Shown: positions 51,960 through 64,000 of the stretch, in pieces
Position numbering within the stretch: the first letter of the stretch is position 1
How the letters are laid out: every line of letters starts with the position of its first letter
Origin: Eledone cirrhosa
Lineage: Eukaryota
Direction: 5' to 3'
DNA length: 64,000 bases
Assembly (NCBI GenBank): GCA_964016885.1
Contig: OZ024744.1
Span: forward strand, 4,960,001 to 5,024,000
Translations under genes and position numbers: made by a program
Notes under the pieces: model-generated
What the model was told of the DNA's origin: nothing
Database searches by the model: none
What the model saw: only the letters and a program-made list of their open reading frames with translations

Positions 51960-54900
51960 AGAGGTCTATGTTGGTAGGCAGTGGTGTTGATAGCAGAGGT
52001 TAATCTTGGTAGACAGTGGTGTTGGTAGCAGAGGTCTATCTTGGTAGACAGTGGTGTTGGTAGCAGAGGTCTATCTTGGTAGACAGTGGTGTTGGTAGCA
52101 GAGATCTATGTTGGTAGACAGTGGTTTTGGTAGCAGAGGTCTATCTTAGTAGACAGTGGTGTTGGTAGCAGAGGTCTATCTTGGTAGACAGTGAAGTTGG
52201 TAGCAGAGGTCTATCTTGGTAGACAGTGAGGTTGGTAGCAGAGGTCTATCTTGGTAGACAGTGGTGTTGGTAGCAGAGGTCTATCTTGGTAGACAGTGAG
52301 GTTGGTAACAGAGGTCTATCTTGGTAGACAGTGGTGTTGTAGCAGAGGTCTATCTCGGTAGACAGTGAAGTTGGTAGCAGAGGTCTATGCTGGTAGACAG
52401 TGGTGTTGGTAGCAGAGGTCTATCTTGGTAGACAGTGGTGTTGGTAGCAGAGGTCTATCTTGGTAGACAGTGCTGTTGGTAGCAGAGGTCTATGTTGGTA
52501 GACAGTGAGGTTGGTAGCAGAGGTCTATCTTGGTAGACAGTGATGTTGGTAGCAGAGGTCTATCTTGGTAGACAGTGAGGTTGGTATGAGAGGTCTATCT
52601 TGGTAGACAGTGGTGTTGGTAGCAGAGGTCTATGTTGGTAGACAGTGGTGTTGGTAGCAGAGGTCTATCTTGGTAGATAGTGAGGTTGGTAGTAGAGGTC
52701 TATGTTGGTAGACATTGGTGTTGGTAGCAGAGTTCTATCTTGGTAGACAGTGGTGTTGGTAGCAGAGGTCTATGTTGGTAGACAGTGGTGTTGGTAATAG
52801 AGGTCTATCTTGGTAGACAGTGGTGTTGGTAGCAGATGTCTATCTTGGTAGACAGTGGTGTTGGTAGCAGAGGTCTATCTTGGTAGACAGTGGTGTTGGT
52901 AGCAGAGGTCGATCTTGGTAGACAGTGGTGTTGGTAGCAGAGGTCTATCTTGGTAGACAGTGGTGTTGGTAGCAGATGTCTATCTTGGTAGACAGTGGTG
53001 TTGGTAGCAGAGATCTATCTTGGTAGACAGTGGTGTTGGTAGCAGAGGTCGATCTTGGTAGACAGTGGTGTTGGTAGCAGAGGTCGATCTTGGTAGACAG
53101 TGGTGTTGGTAGCAGAGGTCTATCTTGGTAGACAGTGGTGTTGGTAGCAGAGGTCTATGTTGGTAGACAGTGGTGTTGGTGGCAGAGGTATATCTTGGTA
53201 GGCAGTGGTGTTGGTAGCAGAGCTCTATCTTGGTAGACAATGGTGTTGGTAGCAGAGGTCTACCTTGGTAGACAGTGGTGTTGGTAGCAGAGGTCTTTCT
53301 TGGTAGACAGTGGTGTTGGTAGCAGAGGTCTATGTTGGTAGAAAGTGAGGTTGGTAGCAGAGGTCTATCTTGGTAGAAAGTGGTGTTGGTAGGAGAGGTC
53401 TATCTTGGTAGACAGTGGTGTTGGTAGCAGAGGTCTATCTTGGTAGACAGTGGTGTTGGTAGCAGAGGTCTATATTGGTAGACAGTGGTGTTTGTAGCAG
53501 ATGTCTATCTTGGTAGACAGTGGTGTTGGTAGCAGAGGTCTATCCTGGTAGACAGTGGTGTTGGTAGCAGAGGTCTATCTTGGTAGACAGTAGTGTTGGT
53601 AGCAGAGGTCTATCTTGGTAGACAGTGGTGTTGGTAGCTGAGGTCTAACTTGGTAGACAGTGGTGTTGGTAGCAGAGGTCTATCTTAGTAGACAGTGGTT
53701 TGGTAGCAGAGGTCTACCTTGGTAGACAGTGGTGTCGGTAGCAGAGCTCTATCCTGGTAGACAGTGGTGTTGGTAGCAGAGGTCTATCTTGGTAGACAGT
53801 GAGGTTGGTAGCAGAGGTCTATGTTGGTAGACAGTGGTGTCGGTAGCAGAGCTCTATCTTGGTAGACAGTGGTGTTGGTAGCAGAAGTCTATCTTGGTAG
53901 ACAGTGAGGTTGGGAGCAGAGGTCTATGTTGGTAGACAGTGGTGTTGGTAGCAGAGGTCTATCTTGGTAGACAGTGGTGTTGGTAGCAGAGGTTTATCTT
54001 GGTAGACATTGAGGTTGGTAGCAGAGGTCTATCTTGGTAGACAGTGGTGTTGGTAGCAGAGATCTATGTTGGTAGACAGTGGTGTTGGTAGCAGAGGTCT
54101 ATCTTAGTAGACAGTGGTGTTGGTAGCAGAGGTCTATCTTGGTAGACAGCGAAGTTGGTAGCAGAGGTCTATCTTGGTAGACAGTGAGGTTGGTAGCAGA
54201 GGTCTATCTTGGTAGACAGTGGTGTTGGTAGCAGAGGTCTATCTTGGTAGACAGTGAGGTTGGTAACAGAGGTCTATCATGGTAGACAGTGGTGTTGTAG
54301 CAGAGGTCTATCTCGGTAGACAATGAGGTTGGTAGCAGAGGTCTATGCTGGTAGACAGTGGTGTTGGTAGCAGAGGTCTATCTTGGTAGACAGTGGTGTT
54401 GGTAGCAGAGGTCTATCTTGGTAGACAGTGGTGTCGGTAGCAGAGGTCTATGTTGGTAGACAGTGAGGTTGTTAGCAGAGGTCTATCTTGGTAGACAGTG
54501 GTGTTGGTAGCAGAGGTCTATGTTGGTAGACAGTGGTGTTGGTAGCAGAGGTCTATCTTGGTAGATAGTGAGGTTGGTAGTAGAGGTCTATGTTGGTAGA
54601 CAGTGGTGTTGGTAGCAGAGATCTATCTTGGTAGACAGTGAGGTTGGTAGCAGAGGTCTATCTTGGTACACAGTGGTGTTGGTAGCAGAGGTCTATCTTG
54701 GTAGACAGCGGTGTTGGTAGCAGAGGTCTATGTTGGTAGACAGTGGTGTTGATAGCAGAGGTTAATCTTGGTAGACAGTGGTGTTGGTAGCAGAGGTCTA
54801 TCTTGGTAGACAGTGGTGTTGGTAGCAGAGGTCTATCTTGGTAGACAGTGGTGTTGGTAGCAGAGATCTATGTTGGTAGACAGTGGTTTTGGTAGCAGAG

Positions 54901-56350
54901 GTCTATCTTAGTAGACAGTGGTGTTGGTAGCAGAGGTCTATCTTGGTAGACAGTGAAGTTGGTAGCAGAGGTCTATCTTGGTAGACAGTGAGGTTGGTAG
55001 CAGAGGTCTATCTTGGTAGACAGTGGTGTTGGTAGCAGAGGTCTATCTTGGTAGACAGTGAGGTTGGTAACAGAGGTCTATCTTGGTAGACAGTGGTGTT
55101 GTAGCAGAGGTCTATCTCGGTAGACAGTGAAGTTGGTAGCAGAGGTCTATGCTGGTAGACAGTGGTGTTGGTAGCAGAGGTCTATCTTGGTAGACAGTGG
55201 TGTTGGTAGCAGAGGTCTATCTTGGTAGACAGTGCTGTTGGTAGCAGAGGTCTATGTTGGTAGACAGTGAGGTTGGTAGCAGAGGTCTATCTTGGTAGAC
55301 AGTGATATTGGTAGCAGAGGTCTATCTTGGTAGACAGTGAGGTTGGTATGAGAGGTCTATCTTGGTAGACAGTGGTGTTGGTAGCAGAGGTCTATGTTGG
55401 TAGACAGTGGTGTTGGTAGCAGAGGTCTATCTTGGTAGATAGTGAGGTTGGTAGTAGAGGTCTATGTTGGTAGACATTGGTGTTGGTAGCAGAGTTCTAT
55501 CTTGGTAGACAGTGGTGTTGGTAGCAGAGGTCTATGTTGGTAGACAGTGGTGTTGGTAATAGAGGTCTATCTTGGTAGACAGTGGTGTTGGTAGCAGATG
55601 TCTATCTTGGTAGACAGTGGTGTTGGTAGCAGAGGTCTATCTTGGTAGACAGTGGTGTTGGTAGCAGAGGTCGATCTTGGTAGACAGTGGTGTTGGTAGC
55701 AGAGGTCTATCTTGGTAGACAGTGGTGTTGGTAGCAGATGTCTATCTTGGTAGACAGTGGTGTTGGTAGCAGAGATCTATCTTGGTAGACAGTGGTGTTG
55801 GTAGCAGAGGTCGATCTTGGTAGACAGTGGTGTTGGTAGCAGAGGTCGATCTTGGTAGACAGTGGTGTTGGTAGCAGAGGTCTATCTTGGTAGACAGTGG
55901 TGTTGGTAGCAGAGGTCTATGTTGGTAGACAGTGGTGTTGGTGGCAGAGGTATATCTTGGTAGACAGTGGTGTTGGTAGCAGAGCTCTATCTTGGTAGAC
56001 AATGGTGTTGGTAGCAGAGGTCTATCTTGGTAGACAGTGGTGTTGGTAGCAGAGGTCTTTCTTGGTAGACAGTGGTGTTGGTAGCAGAGGTCTATGTTGG
56101 TAGAAAGTGAGGTTGGTAGCAGAGGTCTATCTTGGTAGAAAGTGGTGTTGGTAGGAGAGGTCTATCTTGGTAGACAGTGGTGTTGGTAGCAGAGGTCTAT
56201 CTTGGTAGACAGTGGTGTTGGTAGCAGAGGTCTATATTGGTAGACAGTGGTGTTTGTAGCAGATGTCTATCTTGGTAGACAGTGGTGTTGGTAGCAGAGG
56301 TCTATCCTGGTAGACAGTGGTGTTGGTAGCAGAGGTCTATCTTGGTAGAC
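51960..56350 (+). repeat. Near-identical copy of 7562-11952 (offset 44,398)
   Basis: ORF pairs 8582/52980 and 11344/55742, and ttGATAg at 7591/51989, all share an offset of 44,398. Confidence 0.9.
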
Positions 56351-59286
56351 AGTAGTGTTGGTAGCAGAGGTCTATCTTGGTAGACAGTGGTGTTGGTAGC
56401 TGAGGTCTAACTTGGTAGACAGTGGTGTTGGTAGCAGAGGTCTATCTTAGTAGACAGTGGTTTGGTAGCAGAGGTCTACCTTGGTAGACAGTGGTGTCGG
56501 TAGCAGAGCTCTATCCTGGTAGACAGTGGTGTTGGTAGCAGAGGTCTATCTTGGTAGACAGTGAGGTTGGTAGCAGAGGTCTATGTTGGTAGACAGTGGT
56601 GTCGGTAGCAGAGCTCTATCTTGGTAGACAGTGGTGTTGGTAGCAGAAGTCTATCTTGGTAGACAGTGAGGTTGGGAGCAGAGGTCTATGTTGGTAGACA
56701 GTGGTGTTGGTAGCAGAGGTCTATCTTGGTAGACAGTGGTGTTGGTAGCAGAGGTTTATCTTGGTAGACAGTGGTGTTGGTAGCAGAGGTCTATGTTGGT
56801 AGACAGTGGTGTTGGTAGCAGAGGTATATCTTGGTAGGCAGTGGTGTTGGTAGCAGAGCTCTATCTTGGTAGACAGTGGTGTTGGTAGCAGAGGTCTATC
56901 TTGGTAGACAGTGGTGTTGGTAGCAGAGGTCTTTCTTGGTAGACAGTGGTGTTGGTAGCAGAGGTCTATGTTGGTAGAAAGTGAGGTTGGTAGCAGAGGT
57001 CTATCTTGGTAGACAGTGAGGGTGGTAGCAGAGGTCTATCTTGGTAGACAGAGGTGTTGGTAGCAGAGGTCTATCTTGGTAGACAGTGAGGTTGGTATCA
57101 GAGGTCTATCTTGGTAGACAGTGAGGTTGGTAGCAGAGGTCTATGTTGGTAGACAGTGGTGTTGGTAGCATAGGTCTATCTTGGTAGACAGTGGTGTTGG
57201 TAGCAGAGGTCTATGTTGGTAGACAGTGGTGTTGGTAGTAGAGGTCTATCTTGGTAGACAGTGGTGTTGGTAGCAGATGTCTATCTTGGTAGACAGTGGT
57301 GTTGGTAGCAGAGGTCTATCTTGGTAGACAGTGGTGTTGGTAGCAAATATCTATCTTGGTAGACAGTGGTGTTGGTAGCAGAGGTCTATGTTGGTAGACA
57401 GTGGTGTTGGTAGCAGATGTCTATCTTGGTAGACAGTGGTGTTGGTAGCAGATGTCTATCTTGGTAGACAGTGGTGTTGGTAGCAGAGGTCTATCTTGGT
57501 AGACAGTGGTGTTGGTAGCAGAGGTCTATCTTGGTAGACAGTGGTGTTGGTAGCAGAGGTCTATGTTGGTAGACAGTGAGGTTGGTAGCAGAGGTCTATG
57601 CTGGTAGACAGCGGTGTTGGTAGCAGAGGTCTATCTTGGTAGACAGTGGTGTTGGTAGAAGAGGTCTATGTTGGTAGACAGTGAGGTTGGTAGCAGAGGT
57701 CTATCTTGGTAGACAGTGAGGTTGGCAGCAGAGGTCTATCTTGGTAGACAGTGGTGTTGGTAGCAGAGGTCTATCTTGGTAGACAGTGGTGTTGGTAGCC
57801 GAGGTCTATCTTGGTAGACAATCAGGGTGGTAGCAGAGGTCTATGTTGGTAGACAGTGGTGTTGGTAGCAGAGGTCTATGTTGGTAGACAGTGGTGTTGG
57901 TAGCAGAGGCCTATCTTGGTAGACAGTGGTTTTGGTAGCAGAGGTCTATATTGGTAGACAGTGGTGTTGGTAGTAGAGGTCTATCTTGGTAGACAGTGGT
58001 GTTGGTAGCAGATGTCTATCTTGGTAGACAGTGGTGTTGGTAGCAGAGGTCTATCTTGGTAGACAGTGGTGTTGGTAGCAAAGGTCTATCTTGGTAGACA
58101 GTGGTGTTGGTAGCAGAGGTCTATCTTGGTAGACAGTGTTGTTGGTAGCAGAGGTCTATCTTGGTAGACAGTGGTGTTGGTAGCAGACATCTATCTTGGT
58201 AGACAGTGATGTTGGTAGCAGATGTCTATCTTGGTAGACAGTGGTGTTGGTAGCAGAGGTCTATCTTGGTAGACAGCGGTGTTGGTAGCAGAGGTCTATC
58301 TTGGTAGACAGTGGTGTTGGTAGCAGAGGTCTATCTTGGTAGACAGTGGTGTTGGTAGCAGAGGTCTATCTTTGTAGACAGTGGTGTTGGAAGCAGAGGT
58401 CTATCTTGGTAGACAGTGGTGTTGGTAGCAGAGGTCTATCTTGGTTGACAGTGGTATTGGTAGCAGAGGTCTATATTCGTAGACAGTGGTGTTGGTAACA
58501 CAGGTCTATCTTGGTAGACAGTGGTGTTGGTAGCAGAGGTATATCTTGGTAGACAGTGAGGTTGGTAGCAGAGGTCTATCTTGGTAGCAGTGGTGTTGGT
58601 AGCAGAGGTCTATCTTGGTAGACAGTGATGTTGGTAGAAGAGGTCTATGTTGGTAGAAAGTGAGGTTGGTAGCAGAGGTCTATCTTGGTAGACAGTGGTG
58701 TTGGTAGCAGAGGTTTATATTGGTAGACAGTGGTGTTGGTAGCAGAGGTCTATCTTGGTAGACATTGAGGTTGGTAGCAGAGGTCTATCTTGGTAGACAG
58801 TGGTGTTGGTAGCAGAGGTCTATGTTGGTAGACAGAGGTGTTGGTAGCAGAGGTCTATCTTGGTAGACAGTGGTCTTGGTAGCAGAGGTCTATATTGGTA
58901 GACAGTGGTGTTGGTAGCAGAGGTCTATCTTGGTAGACAGTGAGGTTGGTAGCAGAGGTCTATCTTCGTAGACAGTGAGGTTGGTAGCAGAGGTCTATCT
59001 TGGTAGACAGTGGTGTTGGTAGCAGAGGTCTATGTTGGTAGACAGTGAGGTTGGTAGCAGAGGTCTATCTTGGTAGACAGTGAAGTTGGTAGCAGAGGTC
59101 TATCTTGGTAGACAGTGAGGGTGGTAGCAGAGGTCTATCTTGGTAGACAGTGGTGTTCGTAGCAGAGGTCTATCTTGGTAGACAGTGGTGTTGGTAGCAG
59201 AGGTCTAACTTGGTAGACAGTGAGGTTGGTAGCAGAGGTCTATCTTGGTAGACAGTGGTGTTGGTAGCAGAGGTCTATCTTGGTAG

Positions 59287-62200
59287 ACAGTGGGGTGGGT
59301 AGCAGAGGTCTATGTTGGTAGACAGTGGTGTTGGTAGCAGAGGTCTATGTTGGTAGACAGTGGTGTTGGTAGCAGAGGTCTATGTTGGTAGACAGTGGTC
59401 TTGGTAGCAGAGGTTAATCTTGGTAGACAGTGGTGTTGGTAGCAGAGATCTATCTTGGTAGACAGTAGTGTTGGTAGCAGAGGTCTATGTTGGTAGACAG
59501 TGGTGTTTGTAGCAGAGGTCTATGTTGGTAGACAGTGGTGTTGGAAGCAGAGGTCTATCTTAGTAGACAGTGGTGTTGGTACAGAGGTCTATGTTGGTAG
59601 ACAGTGAGGTTGGTAGCAGAGGTCTATATTGGTAGACAGTGAGGTTGGTAGCAGAGGTATATCTTGGTAGACAGTGAGGTTGGTAGCAGAGCTTTATCTT
59701 GGTAGACAGTGGTGTTGGTAGCAGAGGTCTATCTTGGTAGACAGTGGTGTTGGTAGCAGAGGTTTATCTTGGTAGACAGTGGTGTTTGTAGCAGAGGTCT
59801 ATGTTGGTAGACAGTGGTGTTGGTAGCAGAGGTATATCTTGGTAGGCAGTGGTGTTGGTAGCAGAGCTCTATCTTGGTAGACAGTGGTGTTGGTAGCAGA
59901 GGTCTTTCTTGGTAGACAGTGGTGTTGCTAGCAGAGGTCTATGTTGGTAGAAAGTGAGGTTGGTAGCTGAGATCTATGTTGGTAGACAGTGGTGTTGGTA
60001 GCAGAAGTCTATCTTGGTAGACAGTGAGGTTGGTAGCAGAGGTCTATCTTGGTAGACAGTGGTGTTGGTAGCAGAGGTCTATCTTGGTAGACAGTGGTGT
60101 TGGTAGCAGAGGTCTATCTTGGTAGACAGTGGTGTTGGTAGCAGAAGTCTATCTTGGTAGACAGTGGTGTTGGTAGCAGAGGTCTATCTTGGTAGACAGT
60201 GGTGTTGCTAGCAGAGGTCTATCTTGGTAGACAGTGGTGTTGCTAGCAAAGGTCTATGTTGGTAGACAGTGAGGTTGTTAGCAGAGGTCTATCTTGGTAG
60301 ACAGTGAGGGTGGTTGCAGAGGTCTATCTTGGTAGACAGTGGTGTTGGTAGCAGAGGTCTATCTTGGTAGACAGTGAGGTTGGTATCAGAGGTCTATCTT
60401 GGTAGACAGTGAGGTTGGTAGCAGAGGTCTATGTTGGTAGACAGTGGTGTTGGTAGCATAGGTCTATCTTGGTAGACAGTGGTGTTGGTAGCAGAGGTCT
60501 ATGTTGGTAGACAGTGGTGTTGGTAGTAGAGGTCTATCTTGGTAGACAGTGGTGTTGGTAGCAGATGTCTATCTTGGTAGACAGTGGTGTTGGTAGCAGA
60601 GGTCTATCTTGGTAGACAGTGGTGTTGGTAGCAGATATCTATCTTGGTAGACAGTGGTGTTGGTAGCAGAGGTCTATGTTGGTAGACAGTGGTGTTGGTA
60701 GCAGAGGTCTATCTTGGTAGTCAGTGGTGTTGGTAGCAGAGGTCTATCTTGGTAGACAGTGGTGTTGGTAGCAGAGGTCTATGTTGGTAGACAGTGAGGT
60801 TGGTAGCAGAGGTCTATCTTGGTAGACAGTGGTGTTGGTAGAAGAGGTCTATGTTGGTAGACAGTGAGGTTGGTAGCAGAGGTTTATCTTGGCAGACAGT
60901 GAGGTTGGTAGCAGAGGTCTATCTTGGTAGACAGTGGTGTTGGTAGCAGAGGTCTATCTTGGTAGACAGTGAGGTTGGTAGCAGATGTCTATCTTGGTAG
61001 ACAGTGGTGTTGGTAGCAGAGATCTATCTTGGTAGACAGTGAGGTTGGTAGCAGAGGTCTATCTTGGTAGACAGTGGTGTTGGTAGCAGAGGTCTATCTT
61101 GGTAGACAGTGGTGTTGGTAGCAGAGGTCTATGTTGGTAGACAGTGGTGTTGATAGCAGAGGTTAATCTTGGTAGACAGTGGTGTTGGTAGCAGAGGTCT
61201 ATCTTGGTAGACAGTGGTGTTGGTAGCAGAGGTCTATCTTGGTAGACAGTGGTGTTGGTAGCAGAGGTCTATGTTGGTAGACAGTGGTGTTTGTAGCAGA
61301 GGACTATGTTGGTAGACAGTGGTGTTGGTAGCAGAGGTCTATCTTGGTAGACATTGAGGTTGGTAGCAGAGGTCTATCTTGGTAGACAGTGGTGTTGGTA
61401 GCAGAGATCTATGTTGGTAGACAGTGGTGTTGGTAGCAGAGGTCTATCTTAGTAGACAGTGGTGTTGGTAGCAGAGGTCTATCTTGGTAGACAGTGAAGT
61501 TGGTAGCAGAGGTCTATCTTGGTAGACAGTGAGGTTGGTAGCAGAGGTCTATCTTGGTAGACAGTGGTGTTGGTAGCAGAGGTCTATCTTGGTAGACAGT
61601 GAGGTTGGTAACAGAGGTCTATCTTGGTAGACAGTGGTGTTGTAGCAGAGGTCTATCTCGGTAGACAGTGAGGTTGGTAGCAGAGGTCTATGCTGGTAGA
61701 CAGTGGTGTTGGTAGCAGAGGTCTATCTTGGTAGACAGTGGTGTTGGTAGCAGAGGTCTATCTTGGTAGACAGTGGTGTTGGTAGCAGAGGTCTATGTTG
61801 GTAGACAGTGAGGTTGCTAGCAGAGGTCTATCTTGGTAGACAGTGGTGTTGGTAGCAGAGGTCTATCTTGGTAGACAGTGAGGTTGGTATCAGAGGTCTA
61901 TCTTGGTAGACAGTGGTGTTGGTAGCAGAGGTCTATGTTGGTAGACAGTGGTGTTGGTAGCAGAGGTCTATCTTGGTAGATAGTGAGGTTGGTAGTAGAG
62001 GTCTATGTTGGTAGACATTGGTGTTGGTAGCAGAGTTCTATCTTGGTAGACAGTGGTGTTGGTAGCAGAGGTCTATGTTGGTAGACAGTGGTGTTGGTAA
62101 TAGAGGTCTATCTTGGTAGACAGTGGTGTTGGTAGCAGATGTCTATCTTGGTAGACAGTGGTGTTGGTAGCAGAGGTCTATCTTGGTAGACAGTGGTGTT

Positions 62201-64000
62201 GGTAGCAGAGGTCGATCTTGGTAGACAGTGGTGTTGGTAGCAGAGGTCTATCTTGGTAGACAGTGGTGTTGGTAGCAGATGTCTATCTTGGTAGACAGTG
62301 GTGTTGGTAGCAGAGATCTATCTTGGTAGACAGTGGTGTTGGTAGCAGAGGTCGATCTTGGTAGACAGTGGTGTTGGTAGCAGAGGTCGATCTTGGTAGA
62401 CAGTGGTGTTGGTAGCAGAGGTCTATCTTGGTAGACAGTGGTGTTGGTAGCAGAGGTCTATGTTGGTAGACAGTGGTGTTGGTAGCAGAGGTATATCTTG
62501 GTAGGCAGTGGTGTTGGTAGCAGAGCTCTATCTTGGTAGACAGTGGTGTTGGTAGCAGAGGTCTATCTTGGTAGACAGTGGTGTTGGTAGCAGAGGTCTT
62601 TCTTGGTAGACAGTGGTGTTGGTAGCAGAGGTCTATGTTGGTAGAAAGTGAGGTTGGTAGCAGAGGTCTATCTTGGTAGAAAGTGGTGTTGGTAGGAGAG
62701 GTCTATCTTGGTAGACAGTGGTGTTGGTAGCAGAGGTCTATCTTGGTAGACAGTGGTGTTGGTAGCAGAGGTCTATATTGGTAGACAGTGGTGTTGGTAG
62801 CAGATGTCTATCTTGGTAGACAGTGGTGTTGGTAGCAGAGGTCTATCTTGGTAGACAGTGGTGGTGGTAGCAGAGGTCTATCTTGTTAGACAGTGTTGTT
62901 GGTAGCAGAGGTCTATCTTAGTAGACAGTGGTGTTGGTAGCAGAGGTCTATCCTGGTAGACAGTGGTGTTGGTAGCAGAGGTCTATCTTGGTAGACAGTA
63001 GTGTTGGTAGCAGAGGTCTATCTTGGTAGACAGTGGTGTTGGTAGCTGAGGTCTAACTTGGTAGACAGTGGTGTTGGTAGCAGAGGTCTATCTTAGTAGA
63101 CAGTGGTGTTGGTAGCAGAGGTCTACCTTGGTAGACAGTGGTGTCGGTAGCAGAGCTCTATCCTGGTAGACAGTGGTGTTGGTAGCAGAGGTCTATCTTG
63201 GTAGACAGTGAGGTTGGTAGCAGAGGTCTATGTTGGTAGACAGTGGTGTCGGTAGCAGAGCTCTATCTTGGTAGACAGTGGTGTTGGTAGCAGAAGTCTA
63301 TCTTGGTAGACAGTGAGGTTGGGAGCAGAGGTCTATGTTGGTAGACAGTGGTGTTGGTAGCAGAGGTCTATCTTGGTAGACAGTGGTGTTGGTAGGAGAG
63401 GTATATCTTGGTAGACAGTGGTGTTGGTAGCAGAGGTCTATGTTGGTAGACAGTGGTGTTGGTAGCAGAGGTATATCTTGGTAGGCAGTGGTGTTGGTAG
63501 CAGAGCTCTATCTTGGTAGACAGTGGTGTTGGTAGCAGAGGTCTATCTTGGTAGACAGTGGTGTTGGTAGCAGAGGTCTATGTTAGTAGAAAGTGAGGTT
63601 GGTAGCAGAGGTCTATCTTGGTAGACAGTGAGGGTGGTAGCAGAGGTCTATCTTGGTAAACAGAGGTGTTGGTAGCAGAGGTCTATCTTGGTAGACAGTG
63701 AGGTTGGTATCAAAGGTCTATCTTGGTAGACAGTGAGGTTGGTAGCAGAGGTCTATGTTGGTAGACAGTGGTGTTGGTAGCATAGGTCTATCTTGGTAGA
63801 CAGTGGTGTTGGTAGCAGAGGTCTATGTTGGTAGACAGTGGTGTTGGTAGTAGAGGTCTATCTTGGTAGACAGTGGTGTTGGTAGCAGATGTCTATCTTG
63901 GTAGACAGTGGTGTTGGTAGCAGAGGTCTATCTTGGTAGACAGTGGTGTTGGTAGCAAATATCTATCTTGGTAGACAGTGGTTTTGGTAGCAGAGGTCTA
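59287..64000 (+). repeat. Near-identical copy of 11951-16664 (offset 47,336)
   Basis: Rare variants at a constant offset: ggTCttgg 12061/59397, gagCTTtat, gtatCAAAgg 16371/63707, agtggTTTTg 16641/63977. Confidence 0.9.

Larger units (their letters stand above)
1..64000 (+). repeat. Tandem satellite/minisatellite array, 35-bp monomer GGTAGCAGAGGTCTATCTTGGTAGACAGTGGTGTT, about 1,830 head-to-tail copies, extending beyond both window ends
   Basis: The monomer is readable on every line. Copies typically differ from consensus by 0-3 substitutions, with occasional 1-bp deletions. The commonest variants are TATC>TATG and GTGGTGTT>GTGAGGTT. No inversion or non-repeat insertion was seen. Confidence 0.99.

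Noticed and set aside
1-64000. CRISPR array (35-bp repeat with an internal hairpin)
   Set aside because: The repeats abut head-to-tail with no unique spacers, and there is no leader or cas gene in the window.
1-64000. Telomerase-synthesised telomeric repeat (G/T-rich strand)
   Set aside because: It matches no telomere motif I recognise. Variants are inherited in long ordered blocks, which indicates recombinational amplification rather than copying from a fixed RNA template. A subtelomeric location is not excluded.
1-64000. Giant repetitive coding exon (mucin-like or antigenic-variation cassette store)
   Set aside because: The unit length is not a multiple of 3, and there are two TAGs per monomer on the plus strand and one on the minus strand, so all six frames are closed regularly.
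1-64000. The variant pattern as an information-bearing code or a diversity-generating system
   Set aside because: The ordered variants are adequately explained by point mutation plus nested duplication. No enzyme gene, template/variable pair or adenine-specific mutation bias is evident.
1-64000. Whole array as a sequencing or concatemer artefact
   Set aside because: Reproducible shared variants at multiple nested scales are not expected from random error or simple concatemers. The exact copy number and order of blocks could still be misassembled.

Overview
The whole 64-kb window is one uninterrupted, single-orientation tandem array (satellite/minisatellite DNA) of a 35-bp monomer, consensus GGTAGCAGAGGTCTATCTTGGTAGACAGTGGTGTT, about 1,830 copies (64000/35). 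It runs off both ends of the window. I found no unique sequence, genes, RNA genes, mobile elements or CRISPR spacers. The four ORFs in the track are artefacts of reading the repeat. The structure of interest is internal. The monomer is a diverged dimer of TTGGTAG(A)CAG(A/T)GGT subunits, contains a short imperfect palindrome, and is strongly G/T-skewed. Diagnostic point variants recur in the same order and reveal nested higher-order duplications: offsets of about 420 bp, 804 bp, 1.3 kb, 2.76 kb, 5.25 kb (about 150 monomers), 9.7 kb, 13.7 kb, 44.4/47.3 kb and 56.7 kb. One monomer has a G13 expansion. Offsets and block boundaries were read by eye from marker variants, so boundaries are approximate. 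The organism cannot be determined from this sequence, although an array this size is typical of eukaryotic satellite DNA. I see no supportable evidence for a new protein- or RNA-based system here.
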